From a virus (taxonomy: Duplodnaviria; Caudoviricetes), in IMG/VR virus record IMGVR_UViG_3300037502_002706, positions 1 to 53,988 of that record: a DNA stretch of 53,988 nt, one strand, 5' to 3'. Both the position numbers and the translations under genes were made by a program. The stretch's first letter is position 1. Each line of letters starts with the position of its first letter. Under the pieces are notes generated by a model. It did not search any database. It worked only from the letters and a program-made list of their open reading frames with translations, and was not told the origin of the DNA. This document shows positions 27,476-34,640 of the stretch, in pieces.

Positions 27476-27646
27476 ATGAGCAAGACGCAACAATTGATCG
27501 CCGCGTACGAAGCCAAGCGCGCCGCTCGCGGCAAGCCAGTACAGGTCCGCCACAACGGTAACGGCACTTACACGATAAAGCCCGCCGGCTCAACCTGCAC
27601 GTACACCGTCACGACAGCCGAGCTGAAAGCAAAGATCGCCGCCTAA
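27476..27646 (+). CDS. Early small basic protein (56 aa)
   Basis: MSKTQQLIAAYEAKRAARGK..., below the track cutoff. Confidence 0.55.
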   Translation: MSKTQQLIAAYEAKRAARGKPVQVRHNGNGTYTIKPAGSTCTYTVTTAELKAKIAA

Positions 27647-27663
27647 ACCCAACCGCCGCGCAG

Positions 27664-27748
27664 GGGCTTTGCCCCGTGCGGCTGAAAGTTGTGCCAAAAT
27701 TCGCACTACGGTAAACCACCGTGATAACTTGATAACTGGAGAACTGAC
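27664..27748 (+). promoter_or_regulatory. Early promoter/leader, copy 2
   Basis: Similar to 26826-26919: GGGCTT...TGcCAAAAT...ACGGT/ACCGT stem...GATAACTTGATAACTGGAGAACTGAC-ATG. Confidence 0.65.
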
Positions 27749-28162
27749 ATGACAAAGCCCGAGTTCAAGAAAGGCCAGCTGGTCAACGTGTACTACGGCA
27801 GCTTCGAGACCGCCGCCGTCACGTACCGCACGTACCGCGTCGCCGCCTGCGGCTTGAAGCAGATGCACCTTCTGCGCGTTGACGACGGCAGCAACGCCGA
27901 GTTCCGCTTTAGCGCACCCTTCCGCGGCGAGCGCCGTTGGCACGACGCCCAGTGCGCCAGCGTTGACCCCGTTGAGCACGCCGCCCGGCTGCGCCGCCAG
28001 TTTGCCGGCTGGACCGCCGAGCACTACGCCGACCGCACGCAGTGCGCCGAGAAGCTGCTGAGCGAAGGCGCCCGCGGCGCCGAGGGTTTTGCCCGCGCAA
28101 TCGCTGAGGGCAAGGCCAAGTTCGAGCTCGCGACCGCTGACCTGCTGGAGCCGGCAGCGTGA
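27749..28162 (+). CDS. Early hypothetical protein
   Basis: 137 aa with strong RBS. Confidence 0.7.
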   Translation: MTKPEFKKGQLVNVYYGSFETAAVTYRTYRVAACGLKQMHLLRVDDGSNAEFRFSAPFRGERRWHDAQCASVDPVEHAARLRRQFAGWTAEHYADRTQCAEKLLSEGARGAEGFARAIAEGKAKFELATADLLEPAA

Positions 28163-28314
28163 GCCCCGCCGCGCACCTGCCACAACCTGTGCGCGGCCCG
28201 GTGTGGCCGTTCCCGCTCGCCCCGAGCGAGTACACGACCGCACCGCCCGAGCCTGAGCACGTGCCCACGCCGCCCTGGCGCCCCACGGGTGACGAGCCCG
28301 CCGCCCCGTTCTGA
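28159..28314 (+). CDS. Small Pro-rich protein (51 aa)
   Basis: GTGA overlap, WPFP...EPAAPF. Confidence 0.45.
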   Translation: MSPAAHLPQPVRGPVWPFPLAPSEYTTAPPEPEHVPTPPWRPTGDEPAAPF

Positions 28315-28325
28315 GGAGACCGCGC

Positions 28326-28421
28326 ATGCACAACGTACCGCTCCGCCCCGCTGACGTGCTCTTCGCCGTCGCGTTCGGTTTTGCCCTCGGGCTGCTCGTC
28401 GCTGCGGGGGTGCCCGCATGA
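28326..28421 (+). CDS. Small membrane peptide (31 aa)
   Basis: GAGGAG RBS, DVLFAVAFGFALGLLVAAG. Confidence 0.55.
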   Translation: MHNVPLRPADVLFAVAFGFALGLLVAAGVPA

Positions 28422-28702
28422 GCGCCGGCCACGTCGCCGTGTTTGACAGCCACGTTGACGGCATACCCTGCCGGGTGGGGGTGCTCAGCTACCTCAACGT
28501 GCCGGGCAGCTTCAGCTTTAACGCGCCGAGCGACATCGACTACTACGGCTACTTTGAGTGCGAGTGGGAGGTGCTTGACCGGCGCGGCCGGCCCGCCGCC
28601 TGGCTCGAGCGCAAACTGCGCAGCCGTGACCGCGAACGCATCGAGTGCGAGGTGCGCGAGCACTTTGACCACCTGCGCGACAGCGCAGATTGCGACTACT
28701 GA
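28418..28702 (+). CDS. Hypothetical phage protein
   Basis: GIPC.V.V...SDIDYYGY.E.EWEVLDRRGRPAAWLERK. Confidence 0.75.
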   Translation: MSAGHVAVFDSHVDGIPCRVGVLSYLNVPGSFSFNAPSDIDYYGYFECEWEVLDRRGRPAAWLERKLRSRDRERIECEVREHFDHLRDSADCDY

Positions 28703-28727
28703 CCCTTTTCGTAAAGGAGACCCCAAC

Positions 28728-29177
28728 ATGATAGACTCCGCCATCAACTGGAGCGCGATGACCATGCCGCAGCTGGTCGCGTTCTACAACCGACACGCCG
28801 AAAAAGCGGTGCGCCGGTTTGCCGACCGCTCCACCGCCGAGCGCCGCTGCCGCGAGGTGCTCACCGCGCTGCGTGTGCCTTCGGCCAAGATGCTGAAGCA
28901 GAAGCTCAGCGCCACCGAGTCCGCGGCCGGCGCGGCGGCCCCCCGCCCCGCCATGCGCGCCTCGCTCGCGCTGGACCGCACACTGTTGTGCGTTGAGACG
29001 GGCGAGACCTGGAAGAACGCATTCCGCATGTGGCGGGCGCACCCTGACTGGCTCACCGGGGCGCAGGTCGACCGGCTGACGCTCACGCTGTACGCGGCTG
29101 CCAAGCGCGGCGAGGCCGCCGCAGTGACAATCAATGGGCGCGCTTTCCGCCTGCTCAACGTGGCGGGGGCAGCATGA
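28728..29177 (+). CDS. Hypothetical protein, possibly DNA-binding
   Basis: AAAGGAG RBS, LVAFYN...VRRFADRSTAERR motif, coupled to the PLP gene. Confidence 0.65.
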   Translation: MIDSAINWSAMTMPQLVAFYNRHAEKAVRRFADRSTAERRCREVLTALRVPSAKMLKQKLSATESAAGAAAPRPAMRASLALDRTLLCVETGETWKNAFRMWRAHPDWLTGAQVDRLTLTLYAAAKRGEAAAVTINGRAFRLLNVAGAA

Positions 29178-30148
29178 GCGGCACGGTCTTTACCGAACTG
29201 TCGCTAGACCGCGGCCGCGTCCGCTGGGAGCAGCACCTGGGCACGCTCACCCCGTGGGAGCTGCGCGGCGGGGTGTGGTTCAAGCGCGATGACTACTTCG
29301 CTCCGCTGGGCTACGGCGGCCCGAATGGCAGCAAGATGCGCCAGCTGATCTGGTACGTCAACCGGTTCCGCCCGGGCAAGTCGCACATCGTCACCGGGGC
29401 GAGCATTCAGAGCCCCCAGCTCAGCATGTCGGCGATTGTCGGCGCGCACTACGGGCTGCCCGCCCGGCAGGTCGTCTACAGCAAGCCCGACACCGTGCTC
29501 CGGCACGAGAACCCGCGCATAGCCTACGGGTTCGGCGCCGGGTTCGAGTACGCGAGCGGGCCGTACAACCCGATCATCCAGCGCCGGGTGACGGACCTCA
29601 CGCTGCCCGATTCGCTAGTCGTCGAGTACGGCATCACCGTGCCTCACGAGCGGTACGACGCCGACACGGTGCGCAAGTTCCACGAGGTCGGCGCCCACCA
29701 GCTGCAGAACCTGCCCCCCGAGGTGACTAAGCTGATTGTGCCCGCCGGCTCGTGCAACTCGCTGTGCAGCATACTGCTCGGGCTATCGCGTGACCCGAAG
29801 AACGTGAGCGAGCTGCTCACCATCGGCATCGGCCCCGACAAGCTGCCCTGGGTGCGCGCTCGGCTACGGCACATCGGCGTCGACCCCGAGCGGCTGCCGT
29901 TCCAGTGGGACCACCGCAGCCTGCACACCACCGGCTACAGCAAGTACAGCGACAAGTTCACTGGCGAGCAGTACGAGGGCATCGCCTTCCACCCCACCTA
30001 CGAGGCGAAGATGTGGCGCTGGCTGCGCCAGCACGACCCGCTCGGCAACGTGCTACCGCGTAACGGCTCGGCCGGGTTCTGGATCGTCGGCTCGGCCCCC
30101 AACCCCAAGGTGATTGAACCGTTCTACACACGGAAGGAACAACCATGA
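29174..30148 (+). CDS. PLP-dependent enzyme (fold type II), putative amino-acid-DNA decarboxylase
   Basis: TPWE..GVWFKRDD...GGPNGSKMRQ (PLP lysine), VPAGSCNS, FHPTYEAK, FWIVG. Adjacent to the DNA-modification genes. Confidence 0.8.
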   Translation: MSGTVFTELSLDRGRVRWEQHLGTLTPWELRGGVWFKRDDYFAPLGYGGPNGSKMRQLIWYVNRFRPGKSHIVTGASIQSPQLSMSAIVGAHYGLPARQVVYSKPDTVLRHENPRIAYGFGAGFEYASGPYNPIIQRRVTDLTLPDSLVVEYGITVPHERYDADTVRKFHEVGAHQLQNLPPEVTKLIVPAGSCNSLCSILLGLSRDPKNVSELLTIGIGPDKLPWVRARLRHIGVDPERLPFQWDHRSLHTTGYSKYSDKFTGEQYEGIAFHPTYEAKMWRWLRQHDPLGNVLPRNGSAGFWIVGSAPNPKVIEPFYTRKEQP

Positions 30149-30330
30149 CCGTAGTTTCGACCTGGCCGCTCACCCCCGCCGAGCGCGAGCTCCGCGACGA
30201 GGTGGCGCTGCGGCTTTATGTGCAGATGCATAACAACCCCGAGACAACCTATGCCGAGGACGCTGAGGATGCATTCAGCGCCGCCAACGCATTCATCAAA
30301 GTGAGGCGCGAATGGAACAACGTGTTTTGA
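30145..30330 (+). CDS. Small hypothetical protein
   Basis: LRDEVAL...AEDAFSAANAFIKVR, overlaps both neighbours. Confidence 0.6.
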   Translation: MTVVSTWPLTPAERELRDEVALRLYVQMHNNPETTYAEDAEDAFSAANAFIKVRREWNNVF

Positions 30331-31328
30331 CCGATTACCGAGCGCCCGAGCACCGGCGCGAGTACTTTCACTCGCTGTACCGGCTGAACCTGCAACACGG
30401 GGTCATGCCCGGATTGGTCTACCTGTACATGCCTGCGCTGGCGCAGGAGCACGGCTGGGGTGCGGAGCAGCGGCTGTGGTTTGCCTTTCTGAACGGCATG
30501 ACGCAGAACCCCATCACCTCGCTGCGGTTGATGCACCGGCTGCCCGCGGTGCCCCCAGCGGGCGCGCCGCTCACGGGGTTTAGCGAGTGGTTCAACGCGG
30601 AGTGGGACACGCTCCAGTTTGACACCGACCGCCGGTACCAGAAGCGCGACACCGTCGACTCGATCAAGGCCTACGCCGCCGCGGTGGCCCGCCACGGCAC
30701 GCAGGAGGCAATGCTCACCGGCAAGACCTACGCCGAGCTCTGGGCGCTCGTGCGCGACGAGTACCGCTCGTTCGGCCGGCTGTCGGCGTTCAGCTACCTG
30801 GAGTACGTCTACTTGAACGGGTTCGGCGCCGACTGCGATGACTTGCTCTTCCACGACAAGAGCGGCAGCAAGTCGCACCGCAACGGTATGCTGTTCCTGC
30901 TCGGGCAGGACGCGCTGGTCTGGGACCGGCGGCAGCCCGAATCGCACAGCGGCGACTACCCCGAGTTCAAGAAGATGTGCCGCTGGCTCAACGACCAGGC
31001 CGAGGCGTACCTGCGGGAGTTCTACACCACCCGCTACCCGCACCACACGGTGAGCAAGTTCACGCTCGAGAGCAACCTGTGCACGTTCAAGAATCACTTC
31101 TTCGGTCGGCGCTACCCGGGCGTGTACGCCGACATGGCCTGGGAGCGGATACTGTGGGCAGAGGCGCGAGGCCAGGCCGAGTTCGCCGCGCCGTTCCGCC
31201 GCCTGCGCGAGGAGCTGCTGCCCGAGTGGCTGCGCGCCGAGTGCGAACACCAACCACTGACGCTGGTACAGAAGGCCGCGCTGTTCCCGCAGACCGGCTA
31301 CCCGTACCGGGGGGAGCACTTCCTGTGA
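30312..31328 (+). CDS. Amino acid:DNA transferase (aGPT-Pplase2 family)
   Basis: DTDRRYQK, FGRLSAFSYLEY (HhH-like), ESNLCTFK...RRYPGVY, plus cluster context. Confidence 0.8.
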   Translation: MEQRVLTDYRAPEHRREYFHSLYRLNLQHGVMPGLVYLYMPALAQEHGWGAEQRLWFAFLNGMTQNPITSLRLMHRLPAVPPAGAPLTGFSEWFNAEWDTLQFDTDRRYQKRDTVDSIKAYAAAVARHGTQEAMLTGKTYAELWALVRDEYRSFGRLSAFSYLEYVYLNGFGADCDDLLFHDKSGSKSHRNGMLFLLGQDALVWDRRQPESHSGDYPEFKKMCRWLNDQAEAYLREFYTTRYPHHTVSKFTLESNLCTFKNHFFGRRYPGVYADMAWERILWAEARGQAEFAAPFRRLREELLPEWLRAECEHQPLTLVQKAALFPQTGYPYRGEHFL

Positions 31329-31906
31329 GGCACCAAGTCATCAACATCCGCGGCTGCAACGGCAGCGGCAAGACTACGATCGTGCGGCGATTCCTCGAGC
31401 GGTTGCCCGCGGTGCCGCTGGGCGGCCGGCCCGAGCGCCCGCTGGGCTACGCGGTGACCGCCAACGCCTGGGGCATCGCCGCTCCGGTGTACGTTGTGGG
31501 CTCGTACGAGAACGCCTGCGGCGGCACCGACGGCATCAAGACTCAGGACGAGATTGTTGACCGTGTGCGCCGCGCCCATGCCTGCGGGCATGTGCTGGTG
31601 GAGGGGCTGCTTATGAGCAAGAGCAGCGACGGGGGCACCTGCGCCCCGGCGTTGCGCGAGCTGGGGGGCATATTCGCCTTCCTGGACACGCCGTGGGAGG
31701 TCTGCCTCGAGCGGGTGCTCGGCCGGCGCGCCGCCGCAGGTAATGACAAGCCGTTCGACCCCGACAAGACCATGCGCACCGCGTACGACCAGTGCCACCG
31801 CTCGGCCGAGCTGCTCACTGCGGCGGGCGGCTACGACGTGCGCCGCCTGCCCTGGCAGGATCCCGTCACGCGGGTGGTCGAATGGCTGCGGGAGGCCGAG
31901 CAATGA
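31325..31906 (+). CDS. P-loop nucleotide kinase (putative hmdUMP kinase)
   Basis: INIRGCNGSGKTT, CGGTD, VLVEG, LDTP.E.CL.RV..RR. GTG start overlaps the upstream stop. Confidence 0.8.
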   Translation: MRHQVINIRGCNGSGKTTIVRRFLERLPAVPLGGRPERPLGYAVTANAWGIAAPVYVVGSYENACGGTDGIKTQDEIVDRVRRAHACGHVLVEGLLMSKSSDGGTCAPALRELGGIFAFLDTPWEVCLERVLGRRAAAGNDKPFDPDKTMRTAYDQCHRSAELLTAAGGYDVRRLPWQDPVTRVVEWLREAEQ

Positions 31907-32817
31907 TCGGCAGCTGCCCTTTCAAAATGCCCGAGCAGGCCGACGCGGTGCGCTCGCTGGACACGTTCTTGTACTTCGTTTGGGAGCGCGAGGCCATACG
32001 CCTCGCTCGCGAGAACGACATCCCCCGCGAGCGCTGGACCGCGGACCCGGTTCTCGGCGCGCTGAAGTTCTGCAACATCCGCCGCCGGGACGACCGCGTC
32101 ACGCAGTGGGTCGTGCGGCACGTCATTCGGCCGCACTACCAGCGCGCCGACTTATGGTTCACGCTGCTCGCGGTGCGGCTCATCAACTGGCCGCCCACGC
32201 TGGCGGAGCTGCTGGAGCGCGGGGTGTTGCCCTGCAGGCCGGCGGATTTTGATGCCGACCGGTTCGTGCGTACGATTGAGGACCGCAAACGCCAGCAGCC
32301 CAAGGTGTACTCCAGCGCGTACATGGTGTACCCGACGGGCGCCGTCGGCCGTCTCAAGTCCGAGTCGCTCGCCCGTGTAATTCTGCCCGCGGCGGCGGGT
32401 GTAGCGAGCGAGGTGCACGCTGCGCTCCGCGAGCCGAGCGTAGAGCGGTTCACCGTAGCCCTGGCCAGCGCCTATGGCGTGAGCACGTTTATGTCTGGGC
32501 AGGTGGCGGCGGACCTCACCTACTCGCTCGGCCAGCTGGGCCGCGCTACCGACCTCTACACCTGGGCGCCGGTGGGCCCGGGCAGCAGCCGAGGGCTAAA
32601 CTACCTGCGCGGGCGGCCGCTGGGCGCGCAGTGGGCGCAGGCGGACTTCAACAGCGAGCTCATCGAGCTGCGGTCGGCCATCGTGCGCGAGCTACACATT
32701 ATGGACCTCACGCTGCACGACGTGCAAAACTGCCTCTGCGAGTATAGCAAATACGCGCGGGCCATGCTGGGCGACGGCGCGGCGCGCAACCTTTACCACC
32801 CTGAGACGGAGTTCTAA
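31903..32817 (+). CDS. 5-hmdU DNA kinase (aGPT-Pplase1 family)
   Basis: FVWEREAIR...WTADPVL...KFCNIRRRDDRVTQW, GPGSSRGL, DVQNCLCEYSKY. Confidence 0.85.
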   Translation: MIGSCPFKMPEQADAVRSLDTFLYFVWEREAIRLARENDIPRERWTADPVLGALKFCNIRRRDDRVTQWVVRHVIRPHYQRADLWFTLLAVRLINWPPTLAELLERGVLPCRPADFDADRFVRTIEDRKRQQPKVYSSAYMVYPTGAVGRLKSESLARVILPAAAGVASEVHAALREPSVERFTVALASAYGVSTFMSGQVAADLTYSLGQLGRATDLYTWAPVGPGSSRGLNYLRGRPLGAQWAQADFNSELIELRSAIVRELHIMDLTLHDVQNCLCEYSKYARAMLGDGAARNLYHPETEF

Positions 32818-32820
32818 GCC

Positions 32821-33831
32821 ATGGAATTCAAAGTGCGTAACGTCAACCAGGCCTTCGGCGAGATATTCTGGAAGTTCAAAACGCTGAACTTGCAGCCCGA
32901 ACCGACGCGTAACGGCCCCGCGCTTGTGTACCCGGAGCTGGTGACCACGGTGTACGCCTGCCCGGCGGAGCGGGTGTTGTTTCACGCGGGGCGGGACTGC
33001 AACCCGGTGTTTCACCTGCTGGAGGCGGTGTGGATGCTCGCCGGACGCAACGATGTCGCATTCCTCAAGCAGTTCAACCATCGCATGGGTGACTTCAGCG
33101 ACGACGGCAAGACCTTTAACGCGGCCTACGGCCACCGTTGGCGCTCGCACTTCGGCCGCGACCAGCTGGACGAAGTGATAAGGCTGCTGCGGCGAGACCC
33201 CACCACGCGCCAGGCGGTGGTGCAGATGTGGGACGCGGCGGACCTCAGCCGCAAGACCCGCGACAAGGCCTGCAACACGCAAGTCGTCTTCGACATCCGG
33301 CAGGACCGGTTGAACATGACGGTATTCAACCGCAGCAACGACCTGTGGTGGGGCGCCTACGGCGCCAACGCGGTGCACTTTAGCATGCTGCAGGAGCTGG
33401 TCGCCGCGGCCACCGGCCACCGCATCGGCGTGTACCGCCAGGTTTCGAACAACTTGCACCTGTACACCGAGCTGTACGACGCCGCGCGCTACCTGCACTC
33501 GCCCCCCGCCGCCGACGAGTACGATCACTACTCCGCCGGGGCGGTGCGTCCCGCGCCGCTAATGCTCGGGGCGGAGTACCGGTTGTTCCTCACCGAGTGT
33601 GAGATGTTCTGCGAGGACCCATTTAACGAGCGGCTGCGGTATGCGAACCCGTTCTTCGAGCACGTGGCACGGCCCGCGGCGCTGGTGTCGCGCACTCGCC
33701 GCACGCACTCGGGCGACGGCCGCAGCTACGCCGCCAAGATTCGCGCCGAGGACTGGCGCCGGGCGGTGCTCGAGTGGATCGACCGGCGTGAAAACGCCCG
33801 CCGCTTGAGCGAGGAGGCAGTGAAAAAATAA
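32821..33831 (+). CDS. Thymidylate synthase homologue, putative dUMP hydroxymethylase
   Basis: AYGHRW, DQL, TRQAV..MWD, catalytic DKACN, RSNDLWWGAYGAN (Asn indicates a dUMP substrate), NLHLY. Confidence 0.85.
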   Translation: MEFKVRNVNQAFGEIFWKFKTLNLQPEPTRNGPALVYPELVTTVYACPAERVLFHAGRDCNPVFHLLEAVWMLAGRNDVAFLKQFNHRMGDFSDDGKTFNAAYGHRWRSHFGRDQLDEVIRLLRRDPTTRQAVVQMWDAADLSRKTRDKACNTQVVFDIRQDRLNMTVFNRSNDLWWGAYGANAVHFSMLQELVAAATGHRIGVYRQVSNNLHLYTELYDAARYLHSPPAADEYDHYSAGAVRPAPLMLGAEYRLFLTECEMFCEDPFNERLRYANPFFEHVARPAALVSRTRRTHSGDGRSYAAKIRAEDWRRAVLEWIDRRENARRLSEEAVKK

Positions 33832-33834
33832 CGC

Positions 33835-33898
33835 TTGCCTTCGGCGCGCGGGCGCCCCTAAAATTGCCCGCATAACTTCTAACTGGAGAACTCCGACT
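33835..33898 (+). promoter_or_regulatory. Promoter TTGCCT-18-TAAAAT with AACT-rich leader
   Basis: Intergenic. Leader ATAACTTCTAACTGGAGAACT resembles the early leaders. Confidence 0.55.
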
Positions 33899-34396
33899 GT
33901 GAAAAAATCACTTGAATTCATACTTGGTGGTGCGGAGGTCGTGCGCTACCACACCGTGCACACACTGCAGCGCGAGACCGTGGGGCACCACTCGCACGGG
34001 GTGGCCTGCTTGGCGTTGGTGCTGGACGAACACGCCAGCCGCGAGCTGCTTATGGCGGCGCTGATGCATGACCTGGCGGAGCAGCACACCGGCGACATCC
34101 CCTCCCCCGCCAAGCGCGAGTACGGCATCGGTGACCAAGTGGACCGGCTTGAGCGCCGGCTCATGGAGGAGGCCGGGCTGCGCTATCCGCGGCTAACCGC
34201 CGATGACGCCCGCACCCTCAAGCTGGCGGACATAGCGCATGGGGCGCTTTTCTGCGTGCGCGAGATGAGCCTGGGCAACCGGCGGCTCCGCGCCGTGTAC
34301 GACCGCTACATGAGCTACGCGCAGCAGATGTTGCTCAAGGGGGTGGAGTGGGACCTGTTCAACCTCATCGGGGAGATGCGCCGTGAGTGCGAATGA
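33899..34396 (+). CDS. HD-domain 5'-deoxynucleotidase-like hydrolase
   Basis: RYH...ETVGHHS, AALMHDLAE..TGDIPSP.K, LKLAD (YfbR-like). Confidence 0.85.
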   Translation: MKKSLEFILGGAEVVRYHTVHTLQRETVGHHSHGVACLALVLDEHASRELLMAALMHDLAEQHTGDIPSPAKREYGIGDQVDRLERRLMEEAGLRYPRLTADDARTLKLADIAHGALFCVREMSLGNRRLRAVYDRYMSYAQQMLLKGVEWDLFNLIGEMRRECE

Positions 34397-34640
34397 GAAG
34401 CAAGTGGCCGGGCAGCACTACCGCGCCGCAATACAACACTGGGACTACGTGGTGTCGAACGACCTGGACTACTTCCAGGGGCAGATCACAAAGTACGTGA
34501 CGCGGTGGAAAAAGAAGAACGGCCTCACTGACCTGCTGAAGGCGCAGCACTTCCTCGAGAAGTACATCGAGGTCGCGCGCGCCGCGGCCGAGGACGACGG
34601 CAGCGCCCCCAGCGCGGGCTACGTGAACCAAGACCGATGA
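34383..34640 (+). CDS. DUF3310 family protein (T7 gp1.7-like nucleotide kinase domain)
   Basis: QVAGQHY...GQITKYVTRWKKKNG..DL.KA.HFLE. Confidence 0.8.
   Translation: MSANEKQVAGQHYRAAIQHWDYVVSNDLDYFQGQITKYVTRWKKKNGLTDLLKAQHFLEKYIEVARAAAEDDGSAPSAGYVNQDR

Noticed and set aside
27590-28765. 391-aa minus-strand ORF
   Set aside because: Overlaps several plus-strand genes that have clear RBSs and a promoter, and has no recognisable motif.
29174-30148. ACC deaminase / D-cysteine desulfhydrase as an auxiliary metabolic gene
   Set aside because: Same fold, but its position in the DNA-modification cluster fits a DNA-tailoring decarboxylase better.
32821-33831. Ordinary thymidylate synthase or dCMP hydroxymethylase
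   Set aside because: Asn in the GAN motif argues against a dCMP substrate, and the neighbouring hmdU-DNA kinase and transferase argue against plain ThyA. Not excluded without an assay.
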